Positions 51,401-63,175 of a DNA stretch of 64,000 nucleotides are shown piece after piece. Both the position numbers and the translations under genes were made by a program. Source of the stretch: Macrostomum hystrix (Eukaryota > Animalia > Platyhelminthes); assembly GCA_950097015.1 (NCBI GenBank), contig CATNEN010000038.1, forward strand, positions 18,104,001-18,168,000, given 5' to 3'. The notes beneath the pieces are model-generated. The model did no database searches, was not told where the DNA came from, and was given only the letters and a program-made list of their open reading frames with translations. Each line of letters starts with the position of its first letter. Within the stretch, counting starts at the first letter, position 1.

Positions 51401-54400
51401 TCCGTTTGTTTGGAAGCCTCTCCGCCACTGTTTATTCCCCCTCTGCCACCATATAAGTCGTGCAACACTCATTGTCGCATCGAATGGCGTTTAGTGCCTG
51501 GAAACTGCAGCAGCCGCTGCGGTCGAGGCAAAGCTGTTGATCGATATGACTGCGTCCTCAGTCAAGATGACGGCTCTCCAGATGTGGTGCTTGCAGCACC
51601 AACTGATGTCAAAGAAGAAACTAATTATTGTACTCACAGATCGGTGCGTCTACTTCAGCGAGAATGCACTGGACAATGCCAGCCAGTAGCCTGGCGCCTT
51701 GGTCCCTGGTCGTCCTGCTCCAAGACATGTGGATCTGGCGGAACTCGAAGTCGGCTTGCAGTCTGCGAAGAGCTTGATAAGTTTGGCAACAGACAATGGC
51801 CAAATAGCGAGTGCCAGCACTTGCCATTACCTGGAAATCTAGTTGACAGTTGTGGCAATTATTTAGTAGAATGCCCTCAATGGAAAGTCAGCGAATGGTC
51901 CTCCTGCGATGCCTATTGTGCAGACGGCTTTGAACGAAGGAGCGTCTATTGCCGGTGGAAATCTGATCCGGCGCCGCCTGAATTGTGTCCCAGTGAGGTG
52001 CCAATCACAGAGCGAAGCTGCAAGGGCCGGTGCTTAGGCCGATGGAGAGCTGGGAACTGGTCACAATGCCACATGCCATGCCAGAATGGCCGCAGATTTA
52101 GACAGGTCGACTGTATTATTGGAGATAAGAAGGTAATTTTCCATTGGTGAACTCAAAATATTCACTACTGGTTTCACTTGATTGCCAACTTGTTGAATGT
52201 AAAGTTACATTGTGGATCCAAATAAAGCCACTCACTCATTCGTGCCTGCTAGGTGAACGCGCTCAACTGCCCACGAGCTAGCAGGCCTAACTATCTTCAA
52301 GATTGCTCAAATCAATGCGTACACTGGGTCTATACCAATTATGGCCAGTGCTCCGCCACTTGCGGCTCAGTTGGTCGTCAAGCGAGGCAAGCCCTGTGCG
52401 CCAACGCTAGCAATCATCTTATTAGCAGCGCAGATTGCATCAATTGGATTGGCCCGGCCACGGATACGCTGAGGCCGTGCTCAGATGGCTTACAGCCGCT
52501 GCCGGATTGTCCGGGACCTCAACTGTCTCGCAAGCGATATGACTGGCGCGTGGCAGACTGGTCAAATGTAAGACCCTAAGAGACACTTTGGGGGTGAGTG
52601 GCAGAGCGGCTGATGCGTTTGTCTCTCGCGCCAAGGTCCCGAGCTCGATTCTACGGCGAGGCATTTTGGGCGCAGCCGCGGAGTTGGGAGTTGGGTTGGG
52701 AGCTTTGCGTGCAATTTGCGCCCTTGACGGCCAACCTCCAAAGGCACAGTGAGAGTTTACAATTCCTGACGATGAGAAAGCGTGTTCCTGCGTACGGTAT
52801 CTGTATGCGTATGTGCTCAGGAGTCAGCGAAATGGGCAGATTTGCCTCCACGCTGGCTACATGTCAAGTATCACCAAATGATGTTCTATTTCCTGCAGCC
52901 CTCCTGCAAATAGTTTTTATCAATAGACACTCTGAAAATCCCTTTTTTGAGACAGAAGTTAGATATTATAGAAAGTAACTTTAACAAAGTAGCTAGCCCT
53001 GAAGTTAAAGCTTTGGATCTTCTGGTCGAAAGGTTGAGATTTTAAATCTACGAGCTACGGGACCAATTTGTGTCATTGATCAAGACACTTGAAAATGGTG
53101 ATTGCTTTAGTTCACCAACCTGAAATATGGGTACCAGTAACCCTATATTCCATTGTATAACTCTATGACAACCTCTGATTGCAAAATCCAGTGTTCTCAA
53201 TCCTGTGGCCCCGATGGAGTTCGTTATCGTCGAGTGGATTGCCTCGATCTCGACAGCAACAAAACCGTAGCTGAACGACAGTGCACTAAACTGGCTCAGA
53301 AACCAAGCTCAGCAGAGGCGTGCAATAGACAGATCAGCTGTCCATATTGGGTGTTCAACCACTGGAGCATAGTGAGAAAATTTTTCACGACTCAATTCTT
53401 CACATTTCTGAGTATATTAACTAACGTGCTCTGATAACTGATCATTGTAATAAGCGAATTATGCCATGGAGACTGTGAGACAGAGACAGGTTGTTTCTGG
53501 TTTAGTAAAGAGAGATTTTTATACCAGAATCGATTCTAAACGCAAGTTTCACTTTTGCATTAGCAGGTTAAAATAAAAGAAAAACTTAATGCACAGAATT
53601 GCTGTTCAATTTGCATGTGCTCATAGGTAAAAAATAATTTATTTCAATATTTAGCAGGCAGAACGAATAAATTTAAAAAAGTTCATGAAAACGTACCATC
53701 TGATTATCATAAACAGATGAAAAGTGGTCTTCAAAAACGATAATTCAAAGAACAAGGTCTCTATAGATGTAAATTTATCGAATGTTGCTTTTTGCAGTAA
53801 TAAAATATATATAATATTTTTCAACGTTTCGGTTATTTCTAACTATGCTTGTCAGCGTTTTTGCTATGAAAAAAACTTCCTGGTTAAAAAGTAAGTAATT
53901 TTTATTGCAAACCCATAAAATAGTAACAATAAGATTCCATGACAACGAGACTACTCGATTTCCAACCTATCCAGTGCCTAACCGAATGTGATCAGGGCGT
54001 TCAATTGCGCTCCGTCGAGTGCCACCAAAATGCTCAAATAGTCGATGAGCAGCTTTGCAATCAGACTATCAGACCAATTGACTTACGTCCGTGCAACAGT
54101 ACCATCCAATGTCCGTCTGAATGGACTAGTGGGAAATGGAGTGAGGTGCGCATTTGCTGATAAATTATCGTAATTAGCTCGTAGGAAATAAAAATGATGT
54201 GATCACTTGGCTAACAATATATTCTCATTTAAAAGTGCTCGCAAAGTTGTGGCGACCGTCCAGGCATTCGACTGCGTCAAGTGTCTTGCCAGAGCTCAAC
54301 AGGCCGGCCCGTGTCTGAGTCCTCTTGCGCGCCTGAGCGGAGGCCCAGCGGTTTGATGGAGTGCGGCCAGCAGCCCTGCCCCACCTGGAAGCCAACTGCA

Positions 54401-57400
54401 TGGTCTGAGGTGTGTTTTGCTTTGTCAGTTTATTACTAGTATCTTCCAAGGAAGACTAATAGTAACAATAAGGCCGTGGGGCAATTTTTCATCGTTTGGT
54501 GACAGTTGACCATCAACCAGTAAGAAAACAATTATGCTAAATTCTCAACAATGACTTCTGAACACAGGCGCACACTCATACAGAAGGTACATCTGCCCTG
54601 ACTTTCTTATCGTCAGTCTGGCAGTGCACAGTTTCACTGTGTCTTGGAGGTTGGCCCTCAAGGGCGTAAACTGCGTGAATGAATGTGGTTGCCCTGCGTC
54701 CCAAATGAATGTGGCCTCGCCGCGGAATCGAGCTCAGGGACTCTGGTGCAAGAGGCAAACGCGTTAACCACTCTGCTACTCACCACCCGCCAAGTTGTCT
54801 TAGGAGGTCGGCTAACTCAAATTAACATTGAGGACATGTTTCATTTGCATATCTTTTTTGATAAGCGAACGGTAACGACGAAAAATCCTATGGTAAAAAA
54901 CTTATAACAAATTGAGCAAAAAATAAGCATTACTGAATTGCTTAAGGGTCTCTGAAAACGTTTTCTTGTAAATCACAAAAAATAAAGCTACCTTCCATAG
55001 CCCACAATACTCAAATACAAGCGTCACAACCCTCACAGAACTAACCCTATTAGCAAGCTCGTATTTTCTAGATTTTCAGTATCACGCAACAATTGTTTTT
55101 TAAGTGCCTCGGCCTATGCGGGACTGGGATTCGAACTCGTGACCTGCAGTGCCGATGGAGTAATGGCTCCCTGGCTAGAGACGAGACTGAATGCGCATCG
55201 GAGCCTCGTCCAGCTATTCAAGAGTCCTGTCAGCTCGAGAAGTCCGCTTGTCAGTGGCGAGTAGGTCCATGGTCCAGCTGTCGGCTGACTGCAGCGGCTG
55301 TTTGCAACAGCGGCATTCGGCGTGGGCACCGCCATCGGACAGTCCAGTGCCAGCGTAGCGATGGAGGACAGGTCCTGCCCGACGCTCTCTGCATTGAACA
55401 GCTACTGCGAAGACCGCGAACAAGACGCCGCTGTCGACTGACACGACACGATGTTGCCGACAATGCCGACGTGGCAGCTGCATGCGGAAGCATTAGAAAA
55501 AGACACGCCAGCGCCAATGGTAGCAGCATTTTATCTGTAGGAGCAAATTATATTGATCATCAGGCTTATCGCATTGGTCCCTGGACTGACTGTTCCACCA
55601 AATGCGGTCGAGGCTACCAAACGCGACGTATAATACCCTGCAACGCGACAGACGCGGAGAGCGTCATGAACGGCTGTCGACAAAGCCGCCGACGTCCACG
55701 CAGCCGTCGGCGCTGTTTCCTGGCCTTCTGCCCGTACGATTGGACAGCGGAGCCGTGGAGCGCATGCTCTGCCAGCTGCGGCCGTGGCTTGGTCACTCGA
55801 CGAGTTACTTGTCAGCGCTTCACACTGGAGGGTTGGCGCGATGGACCTGCAGGAGACGCTGCAAACGCTTGCGATGAACGCCTTAGGCCTGATTCAGAGC
55901 AGGCTTGCAGGCTCGGTGACTGTCCTGGGTTTACCGGCTCTGGAAAGAGGGGCCCCTTTTGGGAGTTTGGTGACTTTGGTGCTTGTCGGTACAGCAATGG
56001 CCAATGCGGAGAAGGCGAGCGTCGGCGAAGAGTTCTCTGCTCTCTAAAGACGGGACAATTCGATGACGACGTCAATGTCGACGGGCCAGACTTTTGCCCC
56101 CCAGACGAGAAGCCACCGGAGAGGGACGCCTGCGAACCCAGACGGTGTCATGCTCGCAGCTGCGCAGAACTGAAAAGTATGACCCGCATCAAGCTGGACG
56201 GCCAGTATCGTCTGCGTATTAACGAACAGGACGTCCGGGTAAAAAGGGTTTCATGCTTGGTCATTGTCATGTTAAATGAGAATCTTTTAGAGATTCGACT
56301 AAGAGTAAAAAATCTCAAAGTTAATAAGGTTACTCCACATTATTAATTCTATAACTAGGTTTACTGCTTCGGCATGGACACCCGGAATCCGCGGGAGTAC
56401 ATTACTCTGTCAGCGGCGATGCTGACCAGCGCGGACCGCTCCGCTGGCCAGAACTTCGCTGTCATGCACAACATCGGGCTGACAGATCCGGCGCCATCGG
56501 CGTGTCCGCCTCCGTCAGTCTTTGCTGGCTTCAGTCGGGCTGCCTGTTCTCAGCCTGGAGCCATGTGTCGCATCATACCGGATCGACTTGGCTCCTTTGC
56601 TAGCGGCATGACAGTGTTCAAGAAGTTACGCCTGCTGCTCTCGCCCCGACTAGAAGTTGATGGTAACAGATTCATTCGGCGCCTTTATTTATAAGGAGTA
56701 TTTAAACTTGTGTCTTGAAAGCTAACAAAAAGCCAATTGCTTATTTAGCTACTGACGATACTTTCGCCGTTTCCTGGAAAAGCTTTGTTCCCGCCGGCCG
56801 GGCAGGCGACTGCTTCAGCACTCTGGCCGGCTGCTCAATCGGCAGCTTCTCAATCGACTTGACTGGGACTGACTTCGCTTTGGATAGAAGCGGAAACTCA
56901 TGGCTGAGTCAAAATGCAACTACGATGACAGTCAGCTATCTAGTAAGTACTTCTAGAGGTGGTGAGTGGCAGAAAGGTTAACAGTAGAAAGATCACGCTA
57001 TTTTCCGGGGGGTATTTCGGGGGGGGGTATTTCGGGGGGGGTATTTCGGGGGGGGTATTTCGGGGGGTATTTCAAAGATCACGGAAAGATCACGGGGGGA
57101 TTTAAAATACCTACTACCTACTTCACGATATCTTCCAAACTGAATGACCGATTTTTGTGAAAGTCCACCATACTGATAACAAATTTCTGCCCTGAACGAT
57201 GAACTGACTTTCAATGCCGACCGAGTTTGCATCGTCGAGATATTCAGCGATTCTTGTCGAAGATCCTGGTGACAAGGATAAATAACATTGCTCTGCATAA
57301 ACCCCTCTGTCAACCACTCAACCATGGAGGTTCATTCCAGTCGATACAGATGGCGAATCCATATTAGTTTTAAAAATTTAAATAAAATGTCCGATTTTTT

Positions 57401-57689
57401 CTAAATCAATCAAAAATGAATTAAATTTTGTCTACAATGATAGCCGACATGGTTAAATTATAAAATTTTGCGAGCAGAAAATGTTTGACTATTTAAAAAA
57501 AGTTGTTTTTTGTTACAGATGTTCAGTAATTTTCACTAAATAAAGTTAATTAACAATCACCCGCAGGACAGACACAGAGTTCAGGGAATCTGTGGCGGCC
57601 TCTGCGGCTACTGCAAGCTGGACAAAGACCGACTGCAGCTAACAACTCTAGTTCTCAGCGCGAACCCACCGGATAGGGTGCAGCCATAG
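39401..57689 (+). CDS. gon-1: ADAMTS metalloprotease of the GON-1/ADAMTS9/20 type, multi-exon; 5' end uncertain
   Basis: Prodomain-like exon near 39400-39698 (CQFSGRV..ASINLC); furin-like RRVPR then FVEILFVVD (45391-45605); zinc motif HELGHT|FNMYHDD split by intron 46730-48601; Met-turn; disintegrin-like, TSR1 (GGWSQWSEW), Cys-rich and spacer exons; many TSR repeats (about 50900-56237); GON-domain exons (56359-56661, 56749-56942, 57567-57689). Confidence 0.88.
40761..40827. mobile_element. 67-bp micro-MITE (P-element-like termini)
   Basis: Perfect 26-bp inverted repeat CAAGGACTTCTATATAATAGCATCTA with a 15-nt spacer; 7-bp TSD CCTTTAC. Confidence 0.85.
42070..42315 (+). mobile_element. SINE family B copy
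   Basis: A-box-like GTGGCAGAGCG, B-box-like GCTCGATTCC and the shared body. Confidence 0.82.
44775..45285. repeat. Compound TGTCTCATCTC-based minisatellite
   Basis: Alternating units of about 19-20 bp; the ORFs over it are artefacts. Confidence 0.9.
45893..46093 (+). mobile_element. SINE family A copy
   Basis: GGGGTTGTATAGCTCAGTGGTAAGAGCG head, B box and the shared body/3' end. Confidence 0.85.
46745..47615. repeat. 20-bp minisatellite (AAGGGGTTGTAGGCTAGTGG), about 43 copies
   Basis: Visible array running directly into the SINE at 47611. Confidence 0.97.
47611..47823 (+). mobile_element. SINE family A copy
   Basis: Head GGGGTGTAGCTTGGTGGTTAGAGCG, B box and the shared 3' end. Confidence 0.85.
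52591..52835 (+). mobile_element. SINE family B copy
   Basis: Similarity to 42070-42315. Confidence 0.8.
54565..54790 (-). mobile_element. SINE family B copy
   Basis: The reverse complement matches family B, including the A-box TAGCAGAGTGG. Confidence 0.82.
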
Positions 57690-57707
57690 ACGAAAGAATT
57701 GTAAATA

Positions 57708-58735
57708 TACCTTTTACGTTCTAATTTGATAAAAACTGCAACTAATTTGGCCACGGCTCAGCCTGACGCAGCCGCAGCAATTTTCCATAGACAGCCGCCG
57801 CTTGCAGCAACCAATTTGGTAAAAACAGCGAGCTATTTTGCCAGCTTGAAGATAGCAGCTCACTGCTGTATTTGACCTGCCCTGTCAACAGCAGTAGCGA
57901 AATAGGGAGCGATAGCATAACAATGACGATAAAGAATGATAACAATATGTCCTCAGTCAGAAGTCAGAACACGAATTCATAAAATTATGTCCTCAGCATT
58001 CAAGCACCGATTGAAGTACGTCTGGGAGTGGTTGATCCAGCGCAGGCACTTAAGAGGCGTGATGCAGTTCAGTGCTTGCTGCACTTCTCTCTTCAGAAGC
58101 ACAGCACAGAATGCGCATCCTGTGCTGATGCAGTGTCGCACCTGCTGCAGCAGCCAGTCCAGTATCTCCCACCTCGCGCTGAATGGCAGGTGATTGCAGT
58201 TGCCTTTTCAGCTTGGCCTGCAGCGCTAAGCCTGCGTACTCCGCCGGGTTGATGAACGGCGAGTATGGAGGCAGGAATCGGTGAGCATGGCCTTCAGACA
58301 TCCCAGGGACACCTAGGTGAGCGCGTGCCCCATCGGACAATAGCACAAACTCCTCTTCCATCAGAACATCGATCTCAGAGAGGAATTCCACGAAGTGCTC
58401 GTTCTTAAAGCCTCCTTCAACGAGAGTGCTGTGAACGAGGCCGAGTTGCGAGATGGCCAGGCATCCTGTATTCCTGTACGTGGATCGTGGATTCCTGTAC
58501 GCTCTCACGATTCGCTCTCGATCCAGCTGACTTATCTTTTGGTACGGCCCACGATTCGCCATCAGAGTGATGATAAGATGATAAGAATGATAAGAATGAT
58601 ATCTTCAAGCTGGCAAAATAGCTCGCAGTTTTTACCAAATTGTTTGCTGCTAGCGGCGGCTGTCTATGGAAAATTGCTGCGGCTGCGTCAGGCTAAATTG
58701 GTTGCAGTTTTTATCAAATAGAACGTAAAAAGGTA
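57708..58735 (-). mobile_element. Internally deleted IS630/Tc1/mariner transposon
   Basis: Imperfect TIRs of about 140 bp (TACCTTTTACGTTCTA..), TA flanks, and a transposase remnant at 58050-58562 with SDGARAH and FLPPYSPFINPAE. Confidence 0.92.
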
Positions 58736-60643
58736 TAGTTTTTTTAATTAATAGTCGAAGCTCTTGCTCTAAACCTTGAAATATCGGTACTCCTGCTCCT
58801 GTATTCTAACAGCCAATTCTTGAATTATTTTTTACGTTAAAGTGCGATTTTATTGCAGTTTTTTTCTGAGGCTTAATAATTGTTTTAACTGCCTAATAGT
58901 GCTAACTCTTCTTTAAGCATTGCAAAATTTATAAGCATGAAAACTTCATATAGTACTTTACACTCTATTTATTCTCTTAGCTTTAGCCCCTTTGACTCGT
59001 AAATACACATCAAACCACAAATTTACAGAAAAAAATAACTACTTCTTATGGTCTTTGTAAATGTTTTAAGAACAACCAGCAGCAGTCAATAAGATGCCGT
59101 TCGGTTACTTTTGCTGAATGTCTCGACGGTCGCCGCCGATGTTCAAGACGGTGAAAAGAGGACCATAGGGACTGCAATGCTCAGAACAAAGGTCCCCACG
59201 AAAGGTCCCGGCGACTGTTTGACATAGTTTTTGAATGGCCTCATTACTTATTCATTGACCCCTAAATAAATATTTCTATCTATCTAGACTATTTAACGAC
59301 CACCCAACGGCTGTCCCAAAAACGGGACACGTTAGCATTCCGTTGACGCCTAGAAACTTAGAGAGGATGTCTATGGTTCCGCACAGATCCACGCTACACA
59401 CCCGTTGCCGACGGCTGTGTCCCGAAAACTGAAATATAACATATCAGACATCTCAGAAATATAACATATATGGTAGTCTTTTTATCGGAGAAAACATTTG
59501 TTTATTACTCGTAGATAATCTGAATGAAGAGTAGGCGATACATTTTTTGAACTTTTAACGAAGCATTTAGTAAAATATAATGACGTGTGGGATGTTAGGC
59601 GGTAAATTAAAAAACATTAGGTGATGAAAAAACCAGACCAAAATAATCAAATAATCAAAATAATAATGTAGAGCTGACTGGATTAGGGAAGAAACTTTGT
59701 GATTGGGATTGGCTAAAGGAGAGTTAGTTCTGCGGGGGGAGTGGGAGCAAAGATATGAGTAGTATGGGTTAGCAGAACCCTGCCGAACAGTGGAGAGATA
59801 GGAGCGCTCGCGGGTGGCGGGGCTCGCTGGAGGTTGACTGAGTGTGGGGCGTTGTCCGCACGTGGGGTGGTGGGGCCGCGGAAGGCTAGCAGAACCCTGC
59901 CGAACAGTGGAGCGAGCGAGCCAAGGGGGGTTCACCGAGGTTGGGGTGCTGGCCGCACGTGGGGTGGTGGGGGCCGGGGGAAGGATTGTAGAACCCTGCA
60001 GAAGCGCCCGGGATAGGAGCGCCCGGGTGGCGGGGCTCACAGAGCTGGATTGGGGTTGGGTTGGTTGCGTTCACATTTTTACACTGGGACTGGCTAACAC
60101 CGCAGTTATAGGAGGAGAGGGCAGCCTATCACAATTGTTGGTGTTGGGTGCTTTGGGGCGGTGTGGTGGAACTCTGCCGATCTCAGCATAAATGGAGCAG
60201 GCTGGAAGTGGGAATTATGAATAACTTAAATCAGTGGTCAATTTACGCTCGTATTTAATACTGGTATGCTGAACAGTGGTCAGCATTGAAGCTTTTCCAG
60301 CAAAGAAAGAAGCTTTCTTTGGTTTCGTTCTTGTAGAATTCCAGCCTGAAACACTTACTGTGTCGTTTTATGTTTGAGCACTAGAAGATTGCGTGCACTC
60401 AATAATATTAAAGGTACAGTATTAAGCGCACTATGGTGATCCCTGTGTAGATATTGGAGCACTGACAAATCGAGAGCGCTCATTTCGAGGATCTGTCTAT
60501 ACGGCAACAGCAATGCTTGAACACCCACCCCCTCCGCCTTGATGGTATAAAATAGGAGAGTTTTTGATTTTGAGTTTATGACGTCGAGTAGATTGATTTT
60601 CAAACTTAAATTGTTTCGAGCATTAAGTAAAAAATATCGAATA

Positions 60644-61347
60644 ATGGAGCTCTGTGATGGCTTCAAAATTCAAGTTCAAGAATACGAAGGAAATCGCTTC
60701 ATTGCTATCCGGCGCTTCTTCTCGACTGAAGGCGAGCTCAAGGCGGGCATCCCAGGCTTCAACCTCAAGGCCTACCAGTGGGATAAGCTGAAGCAGCTGA
60801 GACGCCAACTCGTGCACTCTGATCTCAACAGGAACAACGTCAGCATCAAGCTCGGGTTTGACAAACTTGCTGTGGTCAACAGAGGCACGATCTGGCTCAA
60901 GCGGCTGCCGGAGGATTGCGCTGAAGAATTTCTGAGGCGAAACTCAGTGGCTCTGACACCCCGCCTGTGGAGTGAGCTGTGGAAAAGGCCGATAAGATTG
61001 ACGAGGAATTGCAAGCTGAGTCACCAGAGAGCGAGTATGAGCTGGATGAAGCAAACACCGAATTCAGCATTGAGCATCAAGAGGCTTTGCAGTCTGGAGA
61101 TGAGCAGACGCTCCGAATCGCTCAGTCAAGCAGCGGCACCAGCGAACCCGCGGCGTCTTCAGTCGGCAACATACCACAGCAGGACAGCGACCTGTCCCAT
61201 GATCCGCTCTGGTACAAGTTTCGTGCTGCTTCAGGGCTTAGCAGCGGTGGAAGTCAGAAACGAAAGCTTCCATGGCCCTTGCGCAGGAGCGACACGATCA
61301 AGCTGCCCAAGCTGACCTATGATGATGATGATGTCGGTGCTGAATGA
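60644..61347 (+). pseudogene. Tandem PC4/Sub1-like ssDNA-binding domain protein with an acidic tail (frameshift near 60980)
   Basis: IQVQEYEGNRFIAIRRFF..GELKAGIPGFNLKAYQWDKL fits the PC4 pattern; a second degenerate copy ends SVALTPRLWSEL..KADKIDEEL; TATAAAA at 60546. Confidence 0.7.
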
Positions 61348-61553
61348 ACTGCTGCTTATTTAACTTTCTAAGGACTTAGTTAGCATTCATTGCTATCCAA
61401 TTTGCTTTTAATCATCCTTGATTACTGTCGTAGAAGAAAAGTAATGAAAAATACACAAAAAACGAGTGCAGCAATAACTATTGCTACCGCAGCATGATTT
61501 TCTGTTAAACTTAAGAAAATGCTGTTTGCTTTTTCTAGTGAGAGCAGGAGAGA

Positions 61554-62619
61554 ATGGAAAGTATTTTTTTAATCCTGAAAATCCAGCCAGTTTCTCTTGT
61601 TGCAACAAATTTCTTAATGAACTTCGTAGGCAGGGAATGCGCGTGAAAGAGAAGGATGTGAGAAAGTGGCTTAGCAATCAGGTAGTCTACACGCTCCATA
61701 AGGCAGCAAGAAGAAGTTATCCACGGGCACCAATAATAGCTCGAAGCATTGATGATCAATGGGAGCTTGATCTGGTGGAGATGATCCCTTTCTTTAAATA
61801 TAACAAAGGCTACAAATATATTCTAACGTGCATTGATGTCCTATCCAAATGCGCATGGGCCCGAGCATTGAAAAACAAATCGGCTGTGGAAGTCAACTCA
61901 GACTTTGAGAGCACATTGCGAAGCTCAAAGCGGCAGCCCCGCACAGTTCGCACTGACCAGGGAAAGGAGTTCCTGAACTCATCCTTTCGCAAGTGCTGCA
62001 TGGACAGGGGTATTTTGGCTTTTCCTACCAACAGCGAACAGAAGGCGGCTGTCATTGAGCGATGGAACCGGACCTTAAAGAATAAGATGTGCTACTTCAC
62101 ATACAGAAGCACTTTGCATTGGGTTGATGTACTATACCCAAGCTAGTGAAGTCCTACAACAATACCTACCACAGAAGCATTCGAATGTCCCCTCTAAAAG
62201 TGTGTAAAGAGAATCAATCTGAGGTTTGGATGAACCTTTATGATGGAAAAGCGATCGAGACTATAGTGAAGTTAAAGAAGTCAAAGTTTGCCGAGAAGCA
62301 ATCTGTGCGAATTTCCAATGCGCCCTGGTTGTTCAGGAAAGGATATAAAGCCAACTGGAGTGAAGAGGTGTACACCGTGGTGTCCAGAGCTCCGAAACAT
62401 TTTCCCTTCATGTACAAGATTCGGGACATGAAGGGTGAAGATATCAGAGGTCTATTTCATGAGCACGAGTTGCAGGCTGTGCCTGACTCACAGCGGTTGT
62501 ATGTTATAGAGAAAATACTCAAGACAGAGAAGCGCAAGGGAAAGATCCGGTACTTGGTAAAATGGGCCGGCTACGATTCAACTGGCTGGGTGGATGAGAA
62601 AGACTTAAGAAAAGTATGA
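61554..62619 (+). pseudogene. Maverick-type retroviral-like (rve) integrase with C-terminal chromodomain, frameshifted
   Basis: DDE motifs WELDL, RTDQGKEF, IERWNRTLK; YNNTYHRSI; FRKGYKANWSEE; chromodomain IEKIL..YLVKWAGY..WV. Confidence 0.92.
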
Positions 62620-62655
62620 CTTACACGAAAAATTATTGTATATTACAAATATGCG

Positions 62656-63020
62656 AACAACAACAACAACAACAAAGAACTGCTCCCGCCAGCCACGCAG
62701 TGGCCAGAGAGGGGGAGAGCAGTCAGAGAGCGCGTTTCTGGGCCAACGATCTCAAAAAGTCACACCCGCTAGCTTGGTCCGGGGCGCCAGCATCACTCAG
62801 AAGCCGTTCAGGAAATCTCGCCGTTCGCCCTTGGCCTCGCCTGCGCGGTCCCTGCAGCTTGAGCAGCAGCACGTCGTGTAGTGGCTCAGGGCAGCGGGCC
62901 TCCGACCGGATGACGTGGCCAGCCAGTCGAAGTCGCCGCCCGCGCAGCAGGTCAGAAGGCCGCGTCAGGCGCGCCCTAGCGTAGAGCGCGGCAGTGGTCT
63001 CACTGCCTGTGAACTCGGCT
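62656..63020 (-). mobile_element. 5'-truncated RTE-clade LINE 3' end inserted in the Maverick
   Basis: The minus strand translates ..TAALYARARLTRPSDLLRGRRLRLAGHVIR..RRRGQGRT..LLSDAGAPD..LAQKRAL*, homologous to the RTE at 15968-16670; 3' stem-loop and (TTG)n tail. Confidence 0.88.
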
Positions 63021-63175
63021 CAAAATAAAAAAAGAAAATCAAGGAAGCAGACCAAAGCATGCGACAGAAACAAGCTTAAGAAATGAAGGACTAAAGCAAA
63101 GAAGAAGGTGAACAAGAAAAAGCGGAAACTAAGCAGAAAAACAGTGAAACGAGTTCTGGACTCTCTGTCGTAGAA

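Noticed and set aside
62636-62984. Plus-strand ORFs as Maverick genes
   Set aside because: The minus strand is clearly RTE coding sequence; the plus-strand ORFs are antisense shadows.
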